Under the pieces are notes generated by a model. That model ran no database searches and was not told the origin of the DNA. It saw only the letters and a program-made list of their open reading frames with translations. From contig PDQG01000004.1 in NCBI GenBank assembly GCA_002747745.1, positions 183,216 through 247,215 on the forward strand: a stretch of DNA of 64,000 bases, read 5' to 3'. Position 1 is the first letter of the stretch; each line of letters starts with the position of its first letter. This DNA comes from a bacterium DOLZORAL124_38_8 (GTDB lineage: Bacteria; Patescibacteriota; Gracilibacteria; UBA4473). Of the stretch, positions 48,080-57,309 are shown piece after piece. The translations under genes and the position numbers were made by a program.

Positions 48080-49463
48080 CTTTTTTTGGTGGTTGAGGCG
48101 CTTCTTTTTCTGGATTTTCAGCGTTTTCTGTGAGCGGTTCCACCACTGTTTTAGCCTTTGGATCATTATATTTTTTTAGTAAAGAATCATATTCATTGTC
48201 CGTTTCGAAAATTTTGAGTGCCCTGTCTAGAACAGGGTCAACATCTTGTTCCATTTGTTCGATTGTTTGCTCAATGGTTTCGTGTGGAATAATTCCATTG
48301 TCTTGAATTGAATGTTCATTTGGGGTGAGCCATTCAGCAATGGTTACTTTGAGTGATGAGCCGTCTCGTAATTCAATTAAACTTTGTACGGTTCCTTTTC
48401 CAAAAGTGTTTTCGCCTAGTATCAGCCCGCGTTTGTTATCGGCGATGGCACCAGCAAAAATTTCTGAAGCAGAGGCGCTTCCTTTGTTGACTAATACGAT
48501 TACTGGAATATCAAGCAAGGCTCCACCGCTGGTCGCAAAGTGTTTTTCGTTCATCCCAATGGTTCCACCTTTGGTAGAAACAATCAAGGCTTTATCCAAA
48601 AATTCAGAGGTTACTTCTAGGCAGGTGTTTAGCAACCCGCCGCCGTTATTTCGGAGATCGATAATAACGCCTTTGGGCGATTTTAATAAGGCTTCATCAA
48701 GCATTTTTCTGAATTCTTTTGTTAAATCTGTGCCGAATTTTGATATTTCAACGTAGACGATGTGATCGTTTTTCATTTCCCACGTAACAGTAGGAGACGT
48801 AACGGTGTCGCGAACGATGGTAATATCAATTGGTTTTTTTTCTCCTTTTCTTCGGATTCCAAGCACGACTTTTGTTCCCTTTTCTCCTCGGATTTTTAGA
48901 ACCGCGTCGAGCAAAGACCAATCGAATACCAGTTCCTCATTGATTGTGATTATTTCATCGCCAGCTTTTATTCCAGCTTGTTCGGCGGGAGAGTTTTTTA
49001 GTGGGGCAATGATAACTAATTTTCCGTCTTTTTTTGATATTTCCGCTCCAATGCCTTGAAATTCCCCGTCAATAGAACTGTTGAATTCTTCGGTTTCTTC
49101 GGGCGTCAAAAAGTTTGTATGAGGGTCTCCGAGAGAATCAACGAGTCCGTGAATGGCTCCGTATATTTGTTTTTTTGTATCGAGCTCGTTTTGTCGCAAA
49201 TAAGTAGAATCAATGGTGTTCCAGGTTTCCCAAAGGGTGCTGAGGTCAACATCTTTCGGGTCAGTTTTTGATTTTAAAGAAAATGGCAACGTTGTTTCAG
49301 GCAGGAGTTTGTTAATAGTAACACTTTCTTTTCCTAAGTTTTCGTGTAGGTTTTTTTGTTCTTGATGGCTCTTTTGGCTAAAGGTCCAACCAAGCAAAAA
49401 AGAAATGATTGGCAAAACTAAAAACCATATAAATCGAATATTTCGTTGATAGTGTGGCATCAA
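48069..49463 (-). CDS. S41 family carboxyl-terminal processing peptidase with PDZ domain
   Basis: 'FQGIGAEI' PDZ region, 'GVIIDLRNNGGGLL', catalytic 'NKGSASASEIFAGA' and 'GENTFGKGTVQ'. Confidence 0.9.
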   Translation of the reverse strand: MMPHYQRNIRFIWFLVLPIISFLLGWTFSQKSHQEQKNLHENLGKESVTINKLLPETTLPFSLKSKTDPKDVDLSTLWETWNTIDSTYLRQNELDTKKQIYGAIHGLVDSLGDPHTNFLTPEETEEFNSSIDGEFQGIGAEISKKDGKLVIIAPLKNSPAEQAGIKAGDEIITINEELVFDWSLLDAVLKIRGEKGTKVVLGIRRKGEKKPIDITIVRDTVTSPTVTWEMKNDHIVYVEISKFGTDLTKEFRKMLDEALLKSPKGVIIDLRNNGGGLLNTCLEVTSEFLDKALIVSTKGGTIGMNEKHFATSGGALLDIPVIVLVNKGSASASEIFAGAIADNKRGLILGENTFGKGTVQSLIELRDGSSLKVTIAEWLTPNEHSIQDNGIIPHETIEQTIEQMEQDVDPVLDRALKIFETDNEYDSLLKKYNDPKAKTVVEPLTENAENPEKEAPQPPKKDEQ

Positions 49464-49533
49464 ATTTTTGTATTAAATTCACGGGAATTTTAAGAAAGTG
49501 TGTTTTTTAGGCAAATTAAAAACGGTTCCTACT

Positions 49534-49564
49534 CAAAAATTCTCAAACGAACTCGTTTGAGAAT
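49534..49564 (-). terminator. intrinsic terminator after the 49591-49950 gene
   Basis: attctcaaacg-(4 nt loop)-cgtttgagaat hairpin, followed by T5 on the minus strand. Confidence 0.7.
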
Positions 49565-49590
49565 GAAATAAAAAACCAGTTAGAAATTTT

Positions 49591-49950
49591 TTACTGAAAT
49601 TTTAATTGTTGGTTGATTTGGGTGAGTTCGCGTGAAATGTCTTCTTTTGATTTTTGAATGGTTTCAAAGCTTTGTTGGACGTCATTTAATGAATTCCCAA
49701 TCTTTTTTCGTGATTCATTCAAACTTTGAATAGTTTCTTGTAAGGCTTGAAATTTTTCTGATACATTCTGGGCAATGGTAGACGTTTGATGCACCGTTTT
49801 TTGTATTTTTTGCGGTGCTTCTACGAGGGTTGCCACCAAATTTTGGGTGGTAGAAGTGTTCGTATTAGCCGTTTCTGTTTCGACGGGTTGAGATTGATTC
49901 CAATATACAAACACTATTCCGAAAACGAATCCAAGTAATATTTTTTTCAT
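49591..49950 (-). CDS. hypothetical secreted or anchored coiled-coil protein
   Basis: 119 aa; N-terminal hydrophobic segment 'ILLGFVFGIVFVYW', and a Q/E/K/S-rich heptad-like remainder. Confidence 0.45.
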   Translation of the reverse strand: MKKILLGFVFGIVFVYWNQSQPVETETANTNTSTTQNLVATLVEAPQKIQKTVHQTSTIAQNVSEKFQALQETIQSLNESRKKIGNSLNDVQQSFETIQKSKEDISRELTQINQQLKFQ

Positions 49951-50043
49951 ACATTTTTATTTTAACATGTTTTTTTAAAAAAATCAAGTATTTTGAAACA
50001 CGTTAAAAAATACGTATTTTCTGTGCAAAGATACTACGGATGT

Positions 50044-50355
50044 TTATAAAATGTCTTTGAGGTCGCCCTTTAATGTTTCGAGGTTTTGTGACAATCCACG
50101 CAGACTTTGATCATCAAAGGCTGGAGTTTGAGATGATTTTCTGATGGTTGTTTTTTGCACGGCTCGAGACTGTACATTGGCTTGTACAATGGTTTGTTTT
50201 TGACATTTGGGGCATTGCACTTGCAGGGCGCAATTATTTTGCGCTAAATGTAAAATGTTTACTTGTGATTCTTGCACTTTTTGTTGGCAAAAAGGACAGT
50301 TCATTTGATCGACCAATGATTGAACCACTAATTTTAATTCATCAAGTTTCATCAA
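50044..50355 (-). CDS. hypothetical zinc-ribbon protein, divergent from recA
   Basis: 103 aa; 'CPFCQQK...(22)...CPKCQKQ'. Confidence 0.45.
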   Translation of the reverse strand: MMKLDELKLVVQSLVDQMNCPFCQQKVQESQVNILHLAQNNCALQVQCPKCQKQTIVQANVQSRAVQKTTIRKSSQTPAFDDQSLRGLSQNLETLKGDLKDIL

Positions 50356-50462
50356 TCGTTATTGTTAGTTACTGGCAAGAAAAGGTCAACTGTTTTTGGT
50401 TGAGCCTTTTGAGAAATTTTCCTATTATGTGATTGTTATTATATTTTTTACTTGAAAGACAG

Positions 50463-51461
50463 ATGGCAACAGATGCAAAACAAGCGGCTTTGGCCGCCGC
50501 AATGGCAAAAATAGAAAAAGATTTTGGAAAAGGATCAATTATGAAGTTAGGGGAAATGGAAACTTCGGGGATTGAACTCGTAAGTTCGGGGTCAATTTCG
50601 ATTGACAGAGCCCTTGGTGGTGGTTGGCCGAAAGGACGAATTGTTGAAATTTATGGTCCAGAAAGTTCTGGGAAAACTACTTTGACCTTGCATGCGGCTG
50701 CGGAATTTCAAAAAGCCGGTGGAACAGTGGCTTTTGTTGATGCCGAACACGCACTGGATCCGACGTACGCAGAAAAAGTAGGGGTAAATGTGAACGAATT
50801 GCTGTTGTCTCAACCAGATAGTGGAGAACAAGCGTTGGAAATTACCGAAGCGTTGGTTCGGTCTGGAGCGGTTGATTTGGTTATTATCGATTCGGTGGCT
50901 GCTTTGACTCCGCGAGCAGAAATTGAAGGAAATATGGGAGATGCTCAAATGGGATTGCACGCACGGTTGATGAGTCAAGCCTTACGGAAATTAACGGCCG
51001 TTGCCAATAAAACTAACACGACGATTATTTTCATTAATCAAATTCGAATGAAAATTGGCGTAATGTTTGGGAACCCTGAGACTACAACTGGGGGAAATGC
51101 GTTGAAATTTTATGCTTCGCTGCGGGTAGAAGTTCGAAAAGGGAAAAAAGTGGAAACCGGAACGGGCGATGATAAATCGGTCGATGGAAACGGAATGAAA
51201 ATCAAGGTGGTGAAAAATAAGGTAGCGCCTCCATTCCGAACGGCCGAAGTGGATATTGTCTTTAATGAAGGAATTTCAAAAACGGCTGACTTATTAAATG
51301 TCGCCCTTGATTTAGGGGTAATAACTAAAGCGGGGGCTTCGTACAGTTTCTTAGACAATCGGTTAGCGGTTGGAAAACAAAAAACGGTTGATTTATTGAA
51401 AGAAAATGAAGGGGTATTTGAGGAAGTAAAAAAAGCGGTACAAGAAAAAATGGGTGAATAG
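50463..51461 (+). CDS. recA: recombinase RecA
   Basis: '[11 protein letters not shown]', Walker A 'GPESSGKTT', 'IIDSVAAL' and '[30 protein letters not shown]'. ATG at 50463. Confidence 0.97.
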   Translation: MATDAKQAALAAAMAKIEKDFGKGSIMKLGEMETSGIELVSSGSISIDRALGGGWPKGRIVEIYGPESSGKTTLTLHAAAEFQKAGGTVAFVDAEHALDPTYAEKVGVNVNELLLSQPDSGEQALEITEALVRSGAVDLVIIDSVAALTPRAEIEGNMGDAQMGLHARLMSQALRKLTAVANKTNTTIIFINQIRMKIGVMFGNPETTTGGNALKFYASLRVEVRKGKKVETGTGDDKSVDGNGMKIKVVKNKVAPPFRTAEVDIVFNEGISKTADLLNVALDLGVITKAGASYSFLDNRLAVGKQKTVDLLKENEGVFEEVKKAVQEKMGE

Positions 51462-51487
51462 TTGTGAAAATTATAAATATGTAAAAA

Positions 51488-51519
51488 AGATAAAAGTTGT
51501 TTGACTTTTATCTTTTTTT
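51488..51519 (+). terminator. intrinsic terminator after recA
   Basis: agataaaagt-tgtttg-acttttatct hairpin followed by a T7 run. Confidence 0.8.
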
Positions 51520-51535
51520 ATTAAAAGTGTAATTG

Positions 51536-52252
51536 ATGAAAAAAGTCTTGTTACCGATAGCTATGACATTTGGAGTGTCTGGGGTTTTGGCACAAAAACC
51601 TTTGTCTTCAACTCTTAGTCAAGATAACAAAGAAGTTCCTACAGAAAAGGTCGTTACGCCACCAAAAAATTCTTTTTCGGTGATACTGGAAAGTCATGAG
51701 ACAACCCTACACAATGTTATTTCAGGTTCAAAGAAGCCTGAGGCCATTTTTGTGTATGAACGGGCCTTCTCAGATCGTATTAGTGGTCAATTAACATTTG
51801 TACATTCAGAACACGGGGAGGATTTGTTGTTTCATCGTCTGATTGCAAAGCTTTCTCGTCGTGTGTCGGCTCAAGTGGCGTTTATAACTTTTTTAAACCC
51901 GAGTGGAACCAATCCGATTGTTACGGCCAAAGTTTCTTCGAATTTTCCGCTCTCAGAAAGCGATAATTTAAACGCTTCTGCTTTATGTTATAAACAAATT
52001 GGCAGTCCTGACACGTCACAAAGCATGAATATTTCATACCAAAAAAATTTATCTGACCGGTATTCGGTTGGCGCAAAGGTAACGGAAATTCTCCAAAACG
52101 GAAAACATCAAACCACCGTTTTTGAACTTTCTGCTACCGAAAATCTTCCTCAAGGATGGGCCATAATTGGGAAAGTTCAGGCCAATACGAATAAAGAAAT
52201 TTTACCAAAGGTTTTGGGAAACATAACTATTACGAAAGATATTTCTTGGTAA
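51536..52252 (+). CDS. hypothetical secreted protein, beta-rich, C-terminal aromatic residue
   Basis: Signal peptide 'LLPIAMTFGVSGVLAQ'. Alternating hydrophobic/polar stretches; ends '...GNITITKDISW'. Confidence 0.5.
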   Translation: MKKVLLPIAMTFGVSGVLAQKPLSSTLSQDNKEVPTEKVVTPPKNSFSVILESHETTLHNVISGSKKPEAIFVYERAFSDRISGQLTFVHSEHGEDLLFHRLIAKLSRRVSAQVAFITFLNPSGTNPIVTAKVSSNFPLSESDNLNASALCYKQIGSPDTSQSMNISYQKNLSDRYSVGAKVTEILQNGKHQTTVFELSATENLPQGWAIIGKVQANTNKEILPKVLGNITITKDISW

Positions 52253-52292
52253 GAAACTTCCTCTTTTTGTAAATTACGGTACCGTTAGGGAA

Positions 52293-53219
52293 ATGAAATA
52301 TGAATTTACCGTTACTGAAACACAGTCTGGGCAACGGCTCGATAAACTGTTGGGAGAATTATTGGCGGACCAAACTTCTCGTTCGCAACTACAAAAAAAT
52401 GGAACTTTTTGGTTAGAAGTTGATTCAGAATGGCAAAAGCAATTGTTTAAAACCAAAGTACAAGCAGGACAAAATTGGCGCATTGAATGGGAAGAAACAG
52501 CTCTCAATTTAGACAACCTTCAACCATGGGAAACAAATATGGAAATTCTGCAAGAAACCGATGATTTTGTGTGTATTAATAAGCCAATTGGCGTGTCGGT
52601 GCATCCGTCGGAAAGTGAACAATCCGATCAAACCGTGGTAAATTTTTTGGTGGCAAAATATGGGAACTCTTTTTCAAAAAATTTTGAGGAGGCGTCGTTC
52701 CGTCCTGGTATTGTGCATCGACTTGATAAAACAACTTCTGGGGTGCTGTTGGTAGCCAAAAATGTGTCGGCGTTGCGGTTTTTTCAATCTCACTGGGGAA
52801 AGGACACGAAAAAAACATATTATGCTTTGGTAAAGGGTATTCCGCCGCAAAATGGAAACATTAAGAGTGGGATATTGCGTGACCCAAAAGATCGACAGAA
52901 AATGATGGTGACGGATTCTCCCAAGGCTCGACCAGCTCACACTACGTTTGAGCGGTTGGCGGAGTCGGTAGATGGAAAATATTCGTTATTAAAGGTACAG
53001 ATTTTTACGGGAAGAACGCATCAAATACGCGTGCATTTAGCGGCGATTGGGTTTGCGATTGTCGGTGATGAAAAATATGGTGGAGAACCCGCGGAGCGAG
53101 TGTTTTTACACGCGGGAGAATTGCAGTTTTTAGATCCAAAAAACAAACAAAAAATAATGGTTCAGACAGAGTTTCCAGAGGTGTTTTTGAAAAAGTTTAA
53201 ACTTAATCCATTAAAATAA
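52293..53219 (+). CDS. RluA family pseudouridine synthase (RluD-like, with S4 domain)
   Basis: 'GQRLDKLL' S4-like N-terminus, catalytic 'HRLDKTTSGVLLVAK' and 'GRTHQIRVHL'. Confidence 0.9.
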   Translation: MKYEFTVTETQSGQRLDKLLGELLADQTSRSQLQKNGTFWLEVDSEWQKQLFKTKVQAGQNWRIEWEETALNLDNLQPWETNMEILQETDDFVCINKPIGVSVHPSESEQSDQTVVNFLVAKYGNSFSKNFEEASFRPGIVHRLDKTTSGVLLVAKNVSALRFFQSHWGKDTKKTYYALVKGIPPQNGNIKSGILRDPKDRQKMMVTDSPKARPAHTTFERLAESVDGKYSLLKVQIFTGRTHQIRVHLAAIGFAIVGDEKYGGEPAERVFLHAGELQFLDPKNKQKIMVQTEFPEVFLKKFKLNPLK

Positions 53220-53882
53220 TTGGAACTACGCAAAAGGTATTTCCAGAGTTTTCAAAATTTCCCTCGGTATGTTTAATATTGTAAGATGTTTTGTATGGAT
53301 AGGTTGGATTACAATTGGGGATACTATCAATCATTGATTCATCTTGACACATGTATAAATATTGGGGGGATGTTTTACAATCTTGATTTTCTCCTTCAAG
53401 CATAAATGCAATCCATGCATTTCCATTAAATACATTCTTTGGTGGTCGCATAATCCCCATGCCAATATAACTCATTTTGCTATTAGAATCAGCAGGAATC
53501 TCTTTTTCTATTTTTTTAAAATCAACGTGTTTCCTAAATAGTGCTTCAACATCATTTTGTTTTGTATAATTCTTCCGCCATGGACTATTTTTCCATAAAC
53601 AGGTCTCACTTCCCAAGCAAGAAAATTGCCATGTTCCATCCAATGGGAGCACTCTATCAAAAGCTTCTTTTCCTTCTACGGTTAAGATTCTGTGTGCGGC
53701 ATCTATATACATTTTTGCGGCGGTTATGGTTCGAATATTTCGGGCTTTGGCAAAGTATGATTTGAATTGAGAGATTCCAATGCCTGAGAGAATTCCAATT
53801 ATTACAATCACAATCAGTAATTCTATAAGAGTAAAAGCCTTTAACCTAGTGTTTCTTGTGTGTGTGTGTGTGTGTGGATCAT
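53203..53882 (-). CDS. type IV (ComGC-like) prepilin; as sequenced, its only ATG is out of frame because of a (CA)10 tract (frameshifted or phase-variable)
   Basis: The frame of the track ORF (GTG at 53811) extends upstream as ...HTHTRNTRLKA/FTLIELLIVIVIIGILSGIGISQF, a class III signal peptide with an N-methylation motif. No start codon lies in that frame before the TAG at 53911-53913. The ATG at 53880-53882 is offset by 2 nt. Confidence 0.7.
53857..53876. repeat. perfect dinucleotide microsatellite, (TG)10 on plus and (CA)10 on the coding strand
   Basis: Counted directly: ten TG units at 53857-53876, inside the 5' end of the prepilin gene. Confidence 0.95.
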
Positions 53883-53914
53883 TTTTGCTGTTTTTATTTT
53901 TAGTAAAATTCTAT

Positions 53915-56386
53915 TTATACATCCAACCGTGTAAAGATTTCTTTTTCTACAAATTTTTTACTTCGGGCATGAGTAAGTCGAGAGATTTGTTTTACGGCCG
54001 TAGCAATTTCTTTGTCGCCTTTTTCGAGCCACGGTTTTACCACATTCAAACTAAAGGGAATACTTGGTTGTCCGTCGATACAAATTTTGATGGCGGCTTT
54101 AAACGCATCCTGATTGGTTAAGTCTTGGTCGGTAAACACGGGTTGCATTTGTTTGGCCATAATTTCTCCGTCATCTGGACCAATTTTATAACACATCATC
54201 GACCCCACATTCCCAAATACGGCGTCTTTCAAATTAACGCCTTTTCCGCCTTGTTTAGCGGTATCAATTTGGCTGGTGTATTGGTGGGCAATGTTGAGGC
54301 TTAACCGGTATTTTCGGGCTTCTGATAGGATTGATTCAAGCGAGTCGGTTACGTAATTTTGGAACTCATCGATGTATAGGAAGAAATCACGTGGTTTTTT
54401 TCCAGCGGTTAAATCTTTTTGTCGTCGGAGCGCGGCCATTTGGATTTTGTTTACGATAATCAACCCTAAGAGTTTCGAGTTCATGTCTCCGGTCATCCCT
54501 TTCGACAGGTTCATCATTAGAATTTTCCCCTCGTCCATTACTTGTGAGAAATCAAAGGCGGACTTGGTTTGCCCCAAGATGTTTCGCATCATTCCATTGG
54601 TGGTAAATTGCCCAAATTTCGCAGCAAAATACGGGATCATTTCTTGTTGTTCTCGTTTTCCGGTGGCGGCCATTTGCTTGGTCCAAAACGATTTAACTAC
54701 GGGATTTTTTACGTGTTGCACTCGTGATTTTTGAAACACGTCATCGGTAAATAATCGTAACACATCAGTCAAGCATCCTCCATCTGGGTGTGCCATGAGG
54801 GTTAAACATCCATTTCGGAAGTAATCTTGAATCCGTGGTCCAAAAGTTTCCTCATTAAAGATTTTAATCATGATGTTCATGGCATCGAGGGCCACCATAT
54901 CCATTTCTTCTTCGGTTTTGGCTTCGAGCAAATTCAATCCCATGGGCCGTTCAATATCAGCGGGATTAAAAATAATAACGTCGTCAATTCGATCTCGTGG
55001 AATATACGGTAAAACATCTTCCACCAAGCTTCCATGTGGATCAACCACGCAAAGTCCGTCTCCGTTTCGGAAATCTTGTCGGATGATGTTTTGGAAAATA
55101 CAAGATTTCCCAGTCCCCGTTTGTCCAATTACATAAAAGTGTCGGAAACGGTCTTCTCGTTTCATGTAAATGGGCGTCGATTTTCCGCGGTATACATTGT
55201 GTCCCAACAAAATCCCTTCTTTGGGAATATTTTGTGGCGATTTAGCAACTTTAAAGTTTTGCCATTTTACGCCTGGAATTTTATTCAGTCGAATATGTGG
55301 AAAATGAAATAAGGAAGCAATTTCTTCAACGTTCAAAATAAGTTTGTCGCTCTTGGCGTGCCAAGGACAAGAAAAAATTCGGAGAATGTAATCGCGAATA
55401 ATCTTGCGTGGATTTTCCCACTTGGTGCTTGAAAACCCATTAAAGTTTGGTCCTGAAAATTGGGTAAAGGCATTTGTGAGTGTCGACAAATTGACTTCTG
55501 CTTCGCGTTCGTATGGAGCGGAAGCAATAACCCGAATAACGGTTTCAAATGCTACATGATCGGCTTTTTCGGTAATTACTTGAGTGGCTTCATTGGCTTC
55601 TTCAGACTCCTTTTTTTCATCGTCTTCTTTGTCTGATTCATCGGCTCCAGCAAGTAATAATGAGAATAAATTAGCGATGATTCGTAACGGATTCACTTTT
55701 CGCCAAATGCTGGGACTTTCACCTTCAGATAATTCTTTCGAATATTTTCGGGCGTCTTTTTGCCAACCGTCAGCGACGGGACGAATCATGATTTGAACTC
55801 CGGCTGAGTTGCCGTGTTCATCGTTGGCCGCCGATAAAGTATTGAGCAAATTGTTCATCGGATCAACCGCTTCAAACTTTTTATACGTTTTAATTGGATG
55901 ATAAAAAGTTTTATTTCCTACTAATTGGGTGGCGGCCTGTTTGGCATTTTCGGCAAAAATATTCGGTGGTTCACAGGGTTCAATAATGGCTTCTGGGTAG
56001 AAAGACGTGATTTGTTTTTCAATTAACGCTTGTAGGTCACGTGGACAACCAACAAAAAATTTTATTTCGTTGTCAGAGGCAATGTATTCGAATGATAGGA
56101 AATCTTCGTTTATAAAATGGTTTTTGAATTTTCCTGAATAAATTCCGTAGAGCGTTTTAAAGAAATCTTCGGCGATAGAAATTTGTTTTTTAGGGTCAAT
56201 TTGTGCGCCTTCGAGTTCTCGATCTTCTTTCGATTCCTTTTTTGGAATCATAATTTGTAAAAAAATAAAGTTTGCTGATCGGTTAAAATCGGCTTTTTTC
56301 TTCATTTGGTCGAGTATGAACCAGCCGAGTAAAAAAAGGACTCCGACTCCTGCACAAACCGCTCCCCAAAGTATATATTGATTCAT
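53915..56386 (-). CDS. VirD4/TraD/TrwB-like P-loop ATPase (type IV secretion coupling-protein family) with N-terminal TM helix and a ~400-aa uncharacterised domain
   Basis: TM 'ILWGAVCAGVGVLFLLGWFIL'; Walker A 'VIGQTGTGKS'; 'LCVVDPHG'; Walker B 'FFLYIDEFQ'; 'RKYRLSLNIAHQY'. The overall pattern is that of TraD/VirD4-type ATPases. Confidence 0.75.
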   Translation of the reverse strand: MNQYILWGAVCAGVGVLFLLGWFILDQMKKKADFNRSANFIFLQIMIPKKESKEDRELEGAQIDPKKQISIAEDFFKTLYGIYSGKFKNHFINEDFLSFEYIASDNEIKFFVGCPRDLQALIEKQITSFYPEAIIEPCEPPNIFAENAKQAATQLVGNKTFYHPIKTYKKFEAVDPMNNLLNTLSAANDEHGNSAGVQIMIRPVADGWQKDARKYSKELSEGESPSIWRKVNPLRIIANLFSLLLAGADESDKEDDEKKESEEANEATQVITEKADHVAFETVIRVIASAPYEREAEVNLSTLTNAFTQFSGPNFNGFSSTKWENPRKIIRDYILRIFSCPWHAKSDKLILNVEEIASLFHFPHIRLNKIPGVKWQNFKVAKSPQNIPKEGILLGHNVYRGKSTPIYMKREDRFRHFYVIGQTGTGKSCIFQNIIRQDFRNGDGLCVVDPHGSLVEDVLPYIPRDRIDDVIIFNPADIERPMGLNLLEAKTEEEMDMVALDAMNIMIKIFNEETFGPRIQDYFRNGCLTLMAHPDGGCLTDVLRLFTDDVFQKSRVQHVKNPVVKSFWTKQMAATGKREQQEMIPYFAAKFGQFTTNGMMRNILGQTKSAFDFSQVMDEGKILMMNLSKGMTGDMNSKLLGLIIVNKIQMAALRRQKDLTAGKKPRDFFLYIDEFQNYVTDSLESILSEARKYRLSLNIAHQYTSQIDTAKQGGKGVNLKDAVFGNVGSMMCYKIGPDDGEIMAKQMQPVFTDQDLTNQDAFKAAIKICIDGQPSIPFSLNVVKPWLEKGDKEIATAVKQISRLTHARSKKFVEKEIFTRLDV

Positions 56387-56479
56387 CTTCTTTATAATAC
56401 GATAAATTATTTTTTAAAATACTTGATTTTTTATAAAAAATATTGTATATTAGTTTTTCTGTAAATAAAAAGTAACTCA

Positions 56480-57304
56480 ATGACGTCTGTGAAAATTCCT
56501 CAAAATGTCTTAGTGTTAGCGACCCATGGCAGTGCGTGTGTGCCGGCTGAGGCTCAGAAACATTTGCATGATTCTTTTTCCCCACGATTGCAACGGAACT
56601 TTTCCGATTTTGCGACCAAGGCTTTGTTGAAGAATTTTCCGAAACGACAAATCGCCTGCCCGAAATATGGTCGAATTGTGGGCGATCCGAACCGATCGAT
56701 ACATGATTCTGATTTGTTTCGAGCGGTTGATTTTAATAATATTCAAATTTGGAAAAAACCGTTATCTCGTAAACAAAAAAAGAAATATTTGATTGCTTCT
56801 CGACAGTCTTATTTAGATTCTATTTTTGCAAAAATTGAATATTTATGTCAGATCACGTCTCCGAAAGAGCCACTTATCTTACTCGACTTGCATGACACGG
56901 GCAATCGAATGTTGGGAGAAACGCATGCGGTTGATGTGTCTCGGGCTGAATTTACGATGCCGAAAGTGATTTTTTCGAACCAAAATCATAAAACAACCGA
57001 ATCAGCGTTTTTGCGAAAAGCCATGAAGGTTTTTCAAACGGTGTTTGAAGTAGATGATACGGAGGCTAAATTAAACGAAGTGTTTTATGGTGGGTTTATT
57101 ACGAAATTTTTTGGTGGCGTTGAGTCTAACCAAATGTTGGATACTTTGCTCCAAAAATATAACCGAAAGCGAGATTCTTTATTGGTGTTTCAATGTGAGT
57201 TAAACCGAGATTTATATTTGGATGAAGCCCAACAAAAAATTCGCCCAGAAATGGGGCGAATTAGACGTAAATTTGAGCAATTTGTTTCGCAATTAGCTCG
57301 GTAA
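56480..57304 (+). CDS. N-formylglutamate amidohydrolase (FGase) family-like protein
   Basis: 'VLATHGSACVP', 'GRIVGDPNRS' (similar to sRlvvDlNR), 'LLDLHDTG' and 'ELNRDLY' follow the FGase family motif order. Confidence 0.5.
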   Translation: MTSVKIPQNVLVLATHGSACVPAEAQKHLHDSFSPRLQRNFSDFATKALLKNFPKRQIACPKYGRIVGDPNRSIHDSDLFRAVDFNNIQIWKKPLSRKQKKKYLIASRQSYLDSIFAKIEYLCQITSPKEPLILLDLHDTGNRMLGETHAVDVSRAEFTMPKVIFSNQNHKTTESAFLRKAMKVFQTVFEVDDTEAKLNEVFYGGFITKFFGGVESNQMLDTLLQKYNRKRDSLLVFQCELNRDLYLDEAQQKIRPEMGRIRRKFEQFVSQLAR

Positions 57305-57309
57305 AAACC

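Noticed and set aside
53915-56386. VirD4-like ATPase as evidence for an integrated conjugative element or prophage.
   Set aside because: No integrase, relaxase, VirB4/VirB6, phage structural genes or att-like boundaries are present in the window. The flanks are core housekeeping genes.
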